Below are positions 9,379 to 19,185 of a stretch of DNA of 64,000 bases, piece by piece. This stretch comes from Spirochaetia bacterium (lineage in GTDB: Bacteria > Spirochaetota > Spirochaetia > SZUA-6 > Bin103), in the NCBI GenBank assembly GCA_965199955.1, contig CBDATQ010000002.1, forward strand, positions 1,472,001 through 1,536,000. The letters are read 5' to 3'. Within the stretch, counting starts at the first letter, position 1. Each line of letters begins with the position of its first letter. The notes beneath the pieces are model-generated. The model did not search any database and was not told the origin of the DNA. It saw nothing but the letters and a program-made list of their open reading frames with translations. The position numbers and the translations under genes are program-made.

Positions 9379-10448
9379 GGGCTGCCGGCCGCTGCCAGTT
9401 CGCCCCGGCGTCCGTCGTGGCCGGCGTCCGCCAGAGCCGAGGTGAACATGCCTCGATTGGCGAACAGGGCGGAGGTGCCGCCGGTGTGCAGGAATACCAC
9501 CGTCTGACCGGCGTGCAACTCGTCGCCGCGGATCAAGCCGATCAACCCAGCCATCGCCTTGCCGGTGTACACCGGGTCGAGGACGATTCCCTGCGTCCGC
9601 GCCACCATTGTGACCGCTTCCAGCATCTCGGCGGACGGCAGGGAGTAGCCGGGGCCGAGCCACTCGTCCCGGCAGGTCACCCGATCCGCCGCGGCCGCGG
9701 CGTCGACGCCCAGGAAGGCCAGGATCGCCTCGGTGAGCTCGGTGACGTGCGGCTCCTGTTCGGCCCGCGACCGGCTCACGTTGATGCCGGTGACCTCGAC
9801 GCCGGAGCCGGCGGCGATCAGCCCTGCCACCAGGCCGGCATGGGTCCCGCCGCTGCCGGAGGCGCAGACGATCCGGTCGGCGGTCAGTCCCATCTCCTGG
9901 AGCTGGCCCAGCAGCTCCACGGCGCACGACGCGTAGCCGCACCCGCCCAGCGGATTGGAGGCGCCGCCCGGTATCACGTACGGCGTGCGGCCCTCCGCGC
10001 GGGCGGCAGCCTCCGCCCGCCGCAAGCCGTACGCCGAGCCGCCGCGTTCGACGACGTCGATGCCTTCCGCTCCCAGCAGGCGGTACAGGAAGTTGTTGCC
10101 GCTCGCCTCCGGGTTGTAGGTCCCCGGGACCCGCTCCTCCAGCACCAGGCGGCATGCAAGGCCCTCCCGGTTGGCTGCCGCCAGGGTCAGCAGGCAGTGG
10201 TTGGACTGGATGGCGCCGGTGGTGATCAGGGTATTGGCGCCCTGCGCCAGGGCGTCCGCGACCACGTACGTCAGCTTGCGCACCTTGTTGCCGCCCAGCG
10301 CCAGCGGCAGCGTGTCGTCGCGCTTGATCAGCAGGTCCGGACCGCCGAGCAGCTCCGAGAGCCGTTCCATCCGCTGTAGCGGCGACGGGCCGGGAAGATA
10401 GGGCCGCTGCGTCAGGTCGTTCAGGCGCTCGACTCCGAAGTTGCTCAT
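9375..10448 (-). CDS. dcyD: D-cysteine desulfhydrase (PLP-dependent, ACC deaminase family)
   Basis: IKRDD, GGNKVRKL, QSNH, PGGASN, GSGGTHAG, LDPVYTGKA, FLHTGG. Confidence 0.92.
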   Translation of the reverse strand: MSNFGVERLNDLTQRPYLPGPSPLQRMERLSELLGGPDLLIKRDDTLPLALGGNKVRKLTYVVADALAQGANTLITTGAIQSNHCLLTLAAANREGLACRLVLEERVPGTYNPEASGNNFLYRLLGAEGIDVVERGGSAYGLRRAEAAARAEGRTPYVIPGGASNPLGGCGYASCAVELLGQLQEMGLTADRIVCASGSGGTHAGLVAGLIAAGSGVEVTGINVSRSRAEQEPHVTELTEAILAFLGVDAAAAADRVTCRDEWLGPGYSLPSAEMLEAVTMVARTQGIVLDPVYTGKAMAGLIGLIRGDELHAGQTVVFLHTGGTSALFANRGMFTSALADAGHDGRRGELAAAGSP

Positions 10449-10558
10449 CGTTGTCGAAGTATAGCCGACCGGCAGATTCGGATCGGGGAGACTCCGGTGA
10501 AATCTCGACCTGCCTTGACATCGAGTGACTACGGGGATGAGCTGAGGACGGAGTCGTC

Positions 10559-10785
10559 GTGAGCCAGATTACCGTGTTGTTGCCGGACGCCCTCGCCGGA
10601 GCGCTGGACGCTGCCGTCAGGGAGCTCAGCCGAAGCCGCACCGATCTCGTCCGGGAGGCGATCGAACGATTTCTGGAGGACATCGACGATCTCAGCGTGG
10701 CCCCGGACGGTTGCGTGATCCGAGCGATCCGGTCCTGGGCTGGGATGACGTCAGACGTGACGTAGTCGGATTGGATGCAGGGTGA
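10559..10785 (+). pseudogene. Ribbon-helix-helix (CopG-like) antitoxin, frameshifted, no toxin downstream
   Basis: MSQITVLLPDALAGALD...SRTDLVREAIERFLED. The natural-looking tail RLRDPSDPVLGWDDVRRD...* continues in another frame after ~10705. Confidence 0.65.
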
Positions 10786-12236
10786 ACGTCGTTTGCATCG
10801 TTTCTGACCAGCACAACGCGGAGTTCGCCGGCTGCTACGGAGGCCGGACCCGGACTCCGAACCTGGACCGGCTGGCCGGGGAGGGGACGCGGTTCGACGC
10901 CTGCTGGTGCACGTATCCGATCTGCGCGCCGTCTCGGGCGAGCTGGTTCGCAGGCCGCTACGCTCACGAGATCGGCTGCTGGGACAACGCGACTCCATAC
11001 GACGGCGGCCGGCCGGACTGGGGCACGTACCTGCGGGACTGCGGCGTGCTGCACGCGGTGACCGGCAAGCTGGACTTCACCGAACGCGGGACCGCCTCGG
11101 TCGAGCGGCCGATGACCGTCAAGGTCCGGCGGAACTGGGACGTGACCGGCCTGTTTCGCGACAGTCCGCCGGTGACCCGTCCCGGCTCGGTCGAGCAGTT
11201 CTGGCAGGTAGAGCCTGCCGACGCGCCGGGCGCACCGCACGGCACCGAGGAACGGATCACGCGGGAGGCGGTGCACTTCCTGGAGTCCGGCCGTTCGGCA
11301 GACCGTCCGTGGGTGCTGGCCGTGCACTACTACAAGCCGCATCCGCCGTGGCGGCCCGATCCCGAGCGCTTCCGGCACCACCTGGAACGGGCCACGCCTC
11401 TGGCGCCCAAGTATCTGCAGCCGTTCGAGGACCTCTCCGAAGCCGAACGGGTGCGCAGCCGGTGGACGGCCGGCTATGCCGGCGATCCGGATGCGATCGC
11501 GCGGGCGCACTGCGCGTACCACGCGGAGATCGAGGAAGTGGACCGCCACGTCGGCCGCGTGCTCGATGCCGTGCACGCGAATGGTCTGGCCGGCGACACA
11601 CTGGTGATCTACACCTCCGACCACGGCGAGCAGGCGCGAGCCCATGGTGCGTGGGGAAAGATCTCGATGTACGAGGACAGCCTGCGGGTGCCCCTGCTGA
11701 TCCGCGGGCCGGGCGTGGCTGCCGGGCACGTCTGCCGGCAGCCCGTCTCGCTGCTCGACCTGTACCCGACGATCGGCCAGGCGGTGGGCGTGCGCCTGCC
11801 CGTCTTCGCGCGCGTGGCGTCATGGCTCGCCCTGACCGGCGGCCGCAACGACGCCACGTCGCGGCCGGATCACGCGATCGCGGAGTGTCACATGTTTCCC
11901 CGCGCCGCATCCTTCGCGGTTCGCCAGGGAGACTGGAAGCTCATCGAGACCCTGGGATCCGCGCCGCTTCTGTTCAATCTCGCTGAGGATCCGGGCGAGA
12001 TGAACGACCTGGCCGGCGCCGGCGGTGTTGCCGCGGATGCGCTCGACCGCATGCGGCAGAGACTCCATGACCTCTGCGACCCGCACGCCGTGGACCGGCG
12101 TGCTCGCCGGGACCAGCGGGCGCGCATCGAGCAACTCGCCGCGAGTGGCCGGTTGCAACAGGAACTGGCAAAGCGCGGCTTCCTGCCGTCCACCTATCGC
12201 CTGATCCCGGATCCGCACTCGTCGTCTGCCGCTTGA
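10782..12236 (+). CDS. Cys-type sulfatase (choline-sulfatase-like)
   Basis: SDQH, CAPSR, KPHPP, SDHGE, KISMYEDS, LFNL..DP.E. Confidence 0.92.
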   Translation: MNVVCIVSDQHNAEFAGCYGGRTRTPNLDRLAGEGTRFDACWCTYPICAPSRASWFAGRYAHEIGCWDNATPYDGGRPDWGTYLRDCGVLHAVTGKLDFTERGTASVERPMTVKVRRNWDVTGLFRDSPPVTRPGSVEQFWQVEPADAPGAPHGTEERITREAVHFLESGRSADRPWVLAVHYYKPHPPWRPDPERFRHHLERATPLAPKYLQPFEDLSEAERVRSRWTAGYAGDPDAIARAHCAYHAEIEEVDRHVGRVLDAVHANGLAGDTLVIYTSDHGEQARAHGAWGKISMYEDSLRVPLLIRGPGVAAGHVCRQPVSLLDLYPTIGQAVGVRLPVFARVASWLALTGGRNDATSRPDHAIAECHMFPRAASFAVRQGDWKLIETLGSAPLLFNLAEDPGEMNDLAGAGGVAADALDRMRQRLHDLCDPHAVDRRARRDQRARIEQLAASGRLQQELAKRGFLPSTYRLIPDPHSSSAA

Positions 12237-12278
12237 CGGCCGCTCGCCGCCGGCCCGGGATAGCGGTAGTCTGATCTG

Positions 12279-12710
12279 ATGCGTAGCAGACACCTGTCGA
12301 TGACGATTGACGAGTTTGAGTATTGGGACGGTAAGGCGCACGATGCCCGTCTACGATCACCGGCCGACGGAGTATGCCCGGGGCCTCGTGCTGCCCCTTC
12401 CTCGATCTTCGGTCCGGACGCGCCGGCGCGGCAGATCCCGGTGCGGTACGACCTGTTCAACAGCGCGGAGTTCGCGGAGACCAAGAGCCGCGTCGGCGCC
12501 TCGATGAGCCAGTTCTGGCGGCGCGGATCGGGGATCGACACCATGGTGCAGGAGTACTACGCCAAGGTGCTGGTCGGCGAGCTGGATGTCGATGCCAGTT
12601 GGGACGACTGGGTCAAGCGCTGGAGCGAGGCGGGAGGCGCCGAGCTGATCGAGGGCTACGAGCTGCTGCCGCTCCTGGAGCCTGCGCTCCGCGGCGAGAT
12701 CGTCTATTGA
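12279..12710 (+). pseudogene. Chimeric relic: short unrelated N-terminal fragment fused to the C-terminus of an extracellular solute-binding protein
   Basis: The tail RYDLFN...EYYAKVLVGELDVDASWDDWV...LRGEIVY* parallels the tail of SBP 36835..38523 (RYDFLN...EYTANFILGDLDLDEDWDDYL...LEGRLEY*). The head MRSRHLSMTIDEFEYWDGKAH resembles a GNAT-family N-terminus (from memory). Confidence 0.65.
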
Positions 12711-12723
12711 CGCGGCCGATCGC

Positions 12724-13557
12724 ATGGCCGGCGGACCGTTTCACCTGACGGACGAGGAGCGGTACCGCTTCGACCTGCAGGGCTTCCTGCTGGTCTCCGG
12801 CGCGCTCGGCGCCGCGGAGGTCGGTGCGTGCAATCGAGCCATCGACGCGGTCGCCGGCACGCCTGCGGCGGCCCCGGGCTTGCTCGGCTGGCCCGATCCG
12901 TACCGGGAGCCGTTTCGCCGCCTGCTGGTCCATCCGGCCGTGGTGGCGCGGCTGAACGAGCTGTGCGGCTCCCGCTTCCGGCTGGACCACGGCCCGCGGC
13001 TGCTCGCCGGCGCCGAACAGACCGAATCCTGGCTGCAGGGAGGCGGGGAGCCGTTCTCGCCCGCCGCGTGGTACCACCAGCAGAACGGCCGCATCTTCGC
13101 GAGCGCCGTGACCGCGGCGTGGCAATTGGCCGGCGAAGGCGGCATGTGCGTGGTGCCGGGCAGCCACAAGGCCGTGGAGCCGGCGCCCGCGGGCGTGCGG
13201 GCCGGCGGCGATCGGGACGCCGCCATGGACGTGGTCCGGGAGCTGCCGACGCGGGTCGGTGACCTGGTGCTGCTCGCCGAGACCGTCACGCACGGCACGC
13301 GGCCGGGGAACGGTTCGGGTGACCGGCGGATCGTGCTGTATACCTACACGGCCGGCGCGGTGGTCGCTCACGCCGGCCGCCGCTTCCTCCCGGAGGAAGT
13401 CTGGGGCGACTGGACGCAGGAGCTGACGCCCGAGCAGCGCGCCGTGCTGCACGGTCCGGGCGTCGATGCGGCCGGGCGCCTGCCGCTCCTGGAGTCGGAC
13501 GGCGCTGTGGCGCGGGTGCGCGAACCTGACCGGGCACCTCAGGGCGGAACGACGTGA
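12724..13557 (+). CDS. Phytanoyl-CoA dioxygenase (PhyH)-family protein, degenerate first metal ligand
   Basis: ERYRFDLQGFL, FRLDHGP, VVPGSHK, GDLVL...THGT. Confidence 0.85.
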   Translation: MAGGPFHLTDEERYRFDLQGFLLVSGALGAAEVGACNRAIDAVAGTPAAAPGLLGWPDPYREPFRRLLVHPAVVARLNELCGSRFRLDHGPRLLAGAEQTESWLQGGGEPFSPAAWYHQQNGRIFASAVTAAWQLAGEGGMCVVPGSHKAVEPAPAGVRAGGDRDAAMDVVRELPTRVGDLVLLAETVTHGTRPGNGSGDRRIVLYTYTAGAVVAHAGRRFLPEEVWGDWTQELTPEQRAVLHGPGVDAAGRLPLLESDGAVARVREPDRAPQGGTT

Positions 13558-14423
13558 CTGGCCAGGAACGCTACCTCTGGGACCTGTCGGGCTACCTGAT
13601 CCTGCGGGGCGTGCTCGACCAGGCGGAGATCGACGCGGCCAACGCCGCGATCGACCACTATGCCGGCAGCATCGAGCGCGGGGCCGACAACACGCTCGCC
13701 AAGGACTCGCGCAGCCTGCGCGGCAGCGGCCGGCCGACCCTGCACGGGCTGTTGCGGCTGGAGCCGCCGCACTGCGAGCCGTTCCGCCGCATGCTGGCCC
13801 ACCCGGCGGTGGTGATGCGCCTGAACGCGATGTGCTTACCCGGGTTCCGGCTCGACCACGGGCCGCTGTTGATCGCGGGAGTGAAGGGCACCGAGGGGTT
13901 CACCCTGCACGGCGAAGGCGAGCCCTTCAAGCTGGCGGTCGGCTATCACGGCCAGAGCGGCGTGAGCTACTGCGCGGGGGTGACGGTCACCTGGCAGCTC
14001 CGCGACGTGGCCGCTGGCGACGGCGGCTTCGCCTGCGTGCCGGGCAGCCACAAGTCCCGCTATCCGAAGCCGGACGGGGTGCGCACCGCCGACGACCACC
14101 GCGGCACCGTCGTGCAGCCGGCCATGCGCGCCGGCGACGTGCTGTTCTTCATGGACGGCGCACTCACGCACGGTACGCTGCCGTGGCGCGGCGCCGGCGA
14201 GCGGCGCTCGATCCTGTTCAAGTACGCGTCCCGGTGCGCGGTCCGCCAATGGCCGGATCCGGCGCAGGCCGAGCCCGAGTCCTTTTGGGATCCCGCGTTC
14301 GTGGACGGGATGACCCCGGAGCAGCGGGCGGTCATGTACGCGCCCAAGTCCGGCCGGACCGATCTGGTTCCGGCGCTGACCGTCGACGCCGACGGCACGG
14401 TCAGCGTCGTGCCTCAGCGGTAG
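13554..14423 (+). CDS. Phytanoyl-CoA dioxygenase (PhyH)-family protein
   Basis: ERYLWDLSGYL, FRLDHGP, TLHG, CVPGSHKS, GDVLFF...THGTLPW. GTGA overlap with the upstream paralog. Confidence 0.88.
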   Translation: MTGQERYLWDLSGYLILRGVLDQAEIDAANAAIDHYAGSIERGADNTLAKDSRSLRGSGRPTLHGLLRLEPPHCEPFRRMLAHPAVVMRLNAMCLPGFRLDHGPLLIAGVKGTEGFTLHGEGEPFKLAVGYHGQSGVSYCAGVTVTWQLRDVAAGDGGFACVPGSHKSRYPKPDGVRTADDHRGTVVQPAMRAGDVLFFMDGALTHGTLPWRGAGERRSILFKYASRCAVRQWPDPAQAEPESFWDPAFVDGMTPEQRAVMYAPKSGRTDLVPALTVDADGTVSVVPQR

Positions 14424-14491
14424 CGCCGGCAAGACCGAGGCCTTCGGCCTTGTTCATGCCCCCATCCCCAACCTCCCTATGACTCCGGCGA

Positions 14492-16057
14492 TCAAGCCGC
14501 TGGCGCGGCTCGTCCGCCAGACTCATAGACGATCACCAGCTCGATCCCCTCGACGCGCAGGCAGTCCGGGCCGTCCAGCCGGTCGAGCGCCACCTCGATC
14601 CGATTCTGTCCCTGTGCGACCGGAATGTCGCGCCAGGTCAGGGTTGTGGTGGCGGGCAGCTCCAGGCGACGCCCTCCGTCGAGCCGCCGACCGTTCAGCG
14701 ACACCGAGGCTGTTCCGTCCGGGACGCTCCCCGCGCACGTGACCCGCAGCCACGTGTCGGCCAGCGCCCGGTCGCGCCGAGCCGCCTCCACGTCGTCGCC
14801 GACGTGCAGCGTGAACGGCCGGCTCTCTCCCACGGCATCCAGCTCGCAGGGAAGCTGCAGCTCGCCGCCCTGCTCGGGGGTCCGAAGCAGCATGTCGACG
14901 TTCACGGTGTAGCGCTTGTTCCTGCGCTCGATCAGGCGCGGGTCGTGGATCTCGCGCAGGAGCTGGACCTCGTCGGGCGTATACGACGCTTCGCCGCGCG
15001 CCATTCGATGACAGTCGTAGTTGAACAGGTAGATGCTGCTCGCCCCCTGGTGCCAGAAGCTCGATGCCGCCGCGTACAGCATGTCGTTGCCGGCGTAGCC
15101 GTACCCCTTGGCCGACCGCTCCAGACCGCCGCCGATCCGGCACGAGGTGCCGGCGGCGATCTCCGTGAACGCCGCGATCTCGGCCCCCATCTCCAGGTAG
15201 CCGCCGTTCATGGGGATGAACAGGTCGGCCAGCTCCTCGCGTATCCAGGCGGGGACGTCCAGCCCGATGCGGCGGCAGCCCTCCCGGGTCGCCGGCACCC
15301 GCAGCATCAGCGTGAACGGCCGCCCCTTGCGGCGCGCGATCTCCGTGGTGCCGGCCCTGACCTTGCGCATGAAGTCGGTCATCAGCGGCATGCCGGAGTC
15401 TTCCTGTCCCTGCTTGAAGAACCAGCGTCCGCGCTGGAAGTCCATCTCGAAGCCGTCGATGTCGTAGCGCTCGCAGGTCTCCAGGATCAGGCCGAGCTTA
15501 CGCTCGCGCACCTCCGTGTGCGCATAATCGAACGCCCAAGTGAAGTCGTCCTGGTCATACCCGTAGCCCGCCACGGTCGGGTACGGCGAGCCGATCAGGA
15601 GTTCGCGATGCTCCTTCTTGAAGATGCTCCGGAACGCCCCGAAACGGTCGGTGTCGTCTTCGTGGATGTCGTTCATGCGCAGCGCGGGCCAGAACTGCAT
15701 CCCGCGTTCGTGCGCCCGCGAGGCCAGCAGCTCGATGATGTCGATCCCCTGGTCGAGCAGCGCCCTGGTGCTGTCGGCCATCCATCTGACCCACTCCAGC
15801 CCCTCGCCTTCAGGCCACTCGGTCACGTCGGAGCCGTAGACGTTGCCGAACTCGGTCCGGTGGGAGAAGGTCTCGTCCCCGCGACCCATCGAGTTGGCGA
15901 ACACCTCGACCGCGGTGTCAGCGACCTCGTCGACGTCCCGGCACGCCTGCTCTCTCGTCATCGGCGGCGGAAAGGTGATGAAGGTCGTCGAGTCGCCGTC
16001 GGAGTTGTAGATCAGGCGAGGGATCTCGCGCGCTCGGTCCGCGCTGCTGTCGTTCAT
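14492..16057 (-). CDS. GHL10/DUF187-like TIM-barrel putative glycoside hydrolase with C-terminal beta-domain
   Basis: ATG 16057 with AGGAG SD. RLIYNSDG, LRMNDIH, FDYAHTEVR, YDIDGFEMDF, YLFNYD. Confidence 0.75.
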   Translation of the reverse strand: MNDSSADRAREIPRLIYNSDGDSTTFITFPPPMTREQACRDVDEVADTAVEVFANSMGRGDETFSHRTEFGNVYGSDVTEWPEGEGLEWVRWMADSTRALLDQGIDIIELLASRAHERGMQFWPALRMNDIHEDDTDRFGAFRSIFKKEHRELLIGSPYPTVAGYGYDQDDFTWAFDYAHTEVRERKLGLILETCERYDIDGFEMDFQRGRWFFKQGQEDSGMPLMTDFMRKVRAGTTEIARRKGRPFTLMLRVPATREGCRRIGLDVPAWIREELADLFIPMNGGYLEMGAEIAAFTEIAAGTSCRIGGGLERSAKGYGYAGNDMLYAAASSFWHQGASSIYLFNYDCHRMARGEASYTPDEVQLLREIHDPRLIERRNKRYTVNVDMLLRTPEQGGELQLPCELDAVGESRPFTLHVGDDVEAARRDRALADTWLRVTCAGSVPDGTASVSLNGRRLDGGRRLELPATTTLTWRDIPVAQGQNRIEVALDRLDGPDCLRVEGIELVIVYESGGRAAPAA

Positions 16058-16144
16058 GGCACGCTCCTGTCGGCCCACCCGGAATGCGCTCATCGTGCGA
16101 CCGCTTGAGCGCGCATCATATCACCGGGGAATACCCCGGCGGGA

Positions 16145-16240
16145 AGGAATGCTGCCGCCAGGTCGTCCGCCGCCCGGGCCCGGGGGGCAGCATCATCTCC
16201 GCGAAGTCGTCGTGGATGTCCTGCTGGTCGTCGACGATCC
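16145..16240 (-). pseudogene. Relic of a response-regulator receiver N-terminus
   Basis: Minus strand reads IVDDQQDIHDDFAEM, then in another frame ADDLAAAFL; no continuation. Confidence 0.45.
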
Positions 16241-16247
16241 TGGGACG

Positions 16248-17515
16248 CTACGGGTTGGGCTCCATCGGCTTGGGCATGCGGTAGCCGGCGCCGCGGACGT
16301 TGAAAATCCAGCTTGGCGTGGTCGCCTCCTCGCCGAGCTTGGTGCGCAGCTTCTTCACGAAGTTGCGCACCAGGTTGGGGTTCCCGGTCTTCTTCCCGCT
16401 CCAGGCGTGGCGCAGCAGCGCCTCGAAGGTCGTGACCCGGCCCGCGTTGCGCGACAGCAGCCGCATGATCTCGTACTCCGTCGGCGTCAGCGGCACCTCG
16501 CGCCCGGCCACCGTGACCCGCCGGTCCTGGTAGTGGATGGCAAGCTCGCCGAGCACGAACGGCTCCGGGTCGGCGTGCCGGCGCAGCGCGGCCTGCACGC
16601 GCGCCGTGAGCTACGTGGCCGAAAACGGCTTGACGATGTAGTCGGAGGCGCCGCTTTCCAGCGCACGCGCGATGGTCTCGTCGCGTCCGTAGCCGGAGAT
16701 GAAGACCACGGTCAGGTCGGCGAGATCGGGCACGCTCTGCATCAGCTCGATGCCGTCGGTGCCGGGCAGCATCAGGTCCAGCAGGACCAGATGCGGCTCC
16801 TCGAAGCGGATGATCCGGGCCAGATCCGCGGGTCACCGGTCACCAGCGGCGTGTAGCCGGCGGCCGCCAGCGCGTCGCGCACGTAGTGCAGCGTGTGAGG
16901 GTCGTCGTCCACCACCAGGACGCGAGTCGGCGCCTGCAGGTCCGGTGGCGCGGCCCGCAGGCGCAGGCCGTGCCCGGCCGCCGGCAGCGTGAAGGTGATC
17001 CGCGTGCCTTGGCCGACTCCGCCGCTGTGGACGTGGATTCGGCCCCCGTGCGCCTCCACCAGGCCCTTGCAGATAATCAGCCCGAGGCCGGTCCCACTTA
17101 CATCGCGCGCACCCGCCCCGCCGGCACGGCCGGCGTGCTTGCGGAACAGGTACGGCATCCGCTCGGGGGCCACTCCCCGGCCTTCATCCGCGACCGAGAT
17201 CGCGACCTGCACGCCGGCACCCTGTGCTTCGACACGGATCGGGAAGGACTCCGGCGAGTACTCGGCGGCGTTGGAGAGGAGGTTGTTGAGCACCTGCTCG
17301 ATGCGTCTGCGGTCGGCCATCACCGGGGGAAGGTCCGGCGGCAGGTCGATGAACACGGTATGCCGACCGCCGCCGGACAGGAACGTGTTGCGCGCCCGGT
17401 CCACCAGGGCAGCCACTTCCGAGGGCTCGGGCGAGACCGAGAGCGTGCCCGCCTCGATGCGCCCAGCATCGAGCAGATCGCTGATCAGGTTGCGCATGTG
17501 TTCGCTGCCTGCCAC
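16248..17515 (-). pseudogene. Hybrid histidine kinase / receiver / OmpR-type winged-helix regulator, 5'-truncated
   Basis: QVLNNLLSNA, DEGRG, GTGLGL (HATPase); VLVVDDD (receiver). Frameshift ~16830; in-frame TAG in KPFSAT*LTARV (16611-16613); LTPTEY...NVRGAGY (wHTH). Sensor and HisKA His are missing. Confidence 0.85.
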
Positions 17516-17699
17516 GCGCTACCGGTGCCACTTCAAAGGCAACACTCTCGTGGACATCACACCGCGTGACGGCAGGAAGCACCTGGGCCGACCGGAACAG
17601 CAGCCGTACCCGATCTATCTGCGGGATCACTACCGCGCCGACCGCGCTCCGATGCGGCGGGTGACCCGCTACGTCGCGCCCTATGCGATCACCTGGTAG
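17515..17699 (+). pseudogene. Orphan C-terminal fragment of a probable glycoside hydrolase (GH127-like tail)
   Basis: YRCHFKGNTLVDITPR...YPIYLRDHYR...APMRRVTRYV...W* has no start; it begins where the kinase relic is truncated. Confidence 0.45.
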
Positions 17700-17795
17700 C
17701 GACCGGCTCTGGCGGCGCCGATGCGGTTGGGCGCTGCTTTGCAGGCCGGATGCCGGCCGGCCATAATCGCGAATCTTCCCGAACAGGAGGTTTCC

Positions 17796-19142
17796 ATGAA
17801 GAACAGGACGATCGTGGGGGTGCTCGCGGCCCTTGCGCTGCTGGCGCTGCCGGTGGCGGCCGGAGCGGACGGGATGGATCTGCACGGCGCGACGCTGCGG
17901 CTGCAGAACCATTGGGGCTGGACCTACCAGGATTACGTCGACGGCGGCTCCCAGCAGGAGTGGCGTGAGTGGGTCGAGGCGGAGTTCAACGTCAAGATCG
18001 AGTTCTCGGAGAGGAACTTCGCCACCTTCGCGGACGACCTCACGGCGAGCGTGCTGAACGGCGATCCGATCGTCGACATCTTCCGCAACGCCGGCATCGC
18101 CGAGACAATCCAGCTCGCCCGTGCCGACGTGATCCTGCCGGTCGACGACGTGCTGCCGGCCGACTACCTCGATCGGATTCCCGGCTTCGCCCGCAATTAC
18201 GCGGAGGTGATGGGCAGCTACGACGGCAGGACCTACGGGGTCAACATGAACCACGAGTCCATCTTCCTGGGCGTCGTGTTCAACAAGACGCTGCTCGAGC
18301 GCGAGGGCCTGCCGTCTCCCTACGACCTGATGGACGCGGGCGAGTGGGACTTCGACGCGTTCAAGGAGATCGCCCTTCAGGCCACCAGGGATGCCGACGG
18401 TGACGGGGAGATCGATCAGTGGGGGCTGACGTTCGGCCAATGGGGACATGCCGAGCCGCACATCCTCCAGCGGCAGGCCATCTGGTTCGCGATGGCGAAC
18501 GGCGCGTCCGTGGTGGAGGAGCAGGACGGCAGCAAGATGTTCGCCCTCAACGACTCGCGCGCCGTGGAGGCGGTCGAACTGCTGGCGGAGCTGAACGCCG
18601 CCGGTGCGGTGCGAGGCGCCAGCTACGACCAGGTGCAGCTCTTCTTCGAGAACAACGTCGCCATGGGGGTCATCGACTCCGGCTGGATGGAGCACTTCGT
18701 CAACCCGGAGAAGATGTCCGAGCCGGTCGGGCTGGTCCCGCTGCCCATGGGGCCGCAGGGCGACGGCCACGTCTATCAGCGGGTGATCGGCGAGACCTTC
18801 CTGATTCCCCGCAACTCGGAGCTCGATCCGGCGGCGGTCATCGAGGTGTTCTCCGCGCTCTACAAGGTCATGGCTCCGTACGCCGACATCGAGGAAATGG
18901 AAGCGAGCTACTACGCCAACTGGGACGAAAGGCGCGCAGGGGACGAGCGGACCTCGCAGTTCCTCCGCGACGCCGAGGCGAACCAGGTCCTCATCCCGGG
19001 CGCCGAGATGATCGGCAGGGAAGGGTACGAGTTGCTGCTTGAGACGCTGGGCACGGCGATCGCCGGCGAGGTGTCCGCATCGACGGCCCTGGCCGAGATC
19101 ACGCCCGCCATGCAGGCGCTCGTGGACGACCTCTGGGAGTAA
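17796..19142 (+). CDS. Carbohydrate ABC transporter extracellular solute-binding protein
   Basis: AGGAGG SD, signal peptide, VVFNKTLL, ATRDADGDGEIDQWG, VPLPMGP. Confidence 0.9.
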   Translation: MKNRTIVGVLAALALLALPVAAGADGMDLHGATLRLQNHWGWTYQDYVDGGSQQEWREWVEAEFNVKIEFSERNFATFADDLTASVLNGDPIVDIFRNAGIAETIQLARADVILPVDDVLPADYLDRIPGFARNYAEVMGSYDGRTYGVNMNHESIFLGVVFNKTLLEREGLPSPYDLMDAGEWDFDAFKEIALQATRDADGDGEIDQWGLTFGQWGHAEPHILQRQAIWFAMANGASVVEEQDGSKMFALNDSRAVEAVELLAELNAAGAVRGASYDQVQLFFENNVAMGVIDSGWMEHFVNPEKMSEPVGLVPLPMGPQGDGHVYQRVIGETFLIPRNSELDPAAVIEVFSALYKVMAPYADIEEMEASYYANWDERRAGDERTSQFLRDAEANQVLIPGAEMIGREGYELLLETLGTAIAGEVSASTALAEITPAMQALVDDLWE

Positions 19143-19144
19143 CC

Positions 19145-19185
19145 GTCTGGAGGATCTGCCGCGTCGCGCGGCAGATCCTCCAGAC
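19145..19185. terminator. Perfect 19-bp inverted repeat after the SBP gene (terminator or mRNA-stabilising stem)
   Basis: GTCTGGAGGATCTGCCGCG-TCG-CGCGGCAGATCCTCCAGAC; no U-tract. Confidence 0.7.

Noticed and set aside
9375..10448. ACC deaminase
   Set aside because: Overall motifs, including LDPVYTGKA with Thr rather than the Glu of ACC deaminases, fit D-cysteine desulfhydrase.
14430..14455. Short hairpin between convergent genes
   Set aside because: Imperfect stem with no clear U-tract; too weak to call a terminator.
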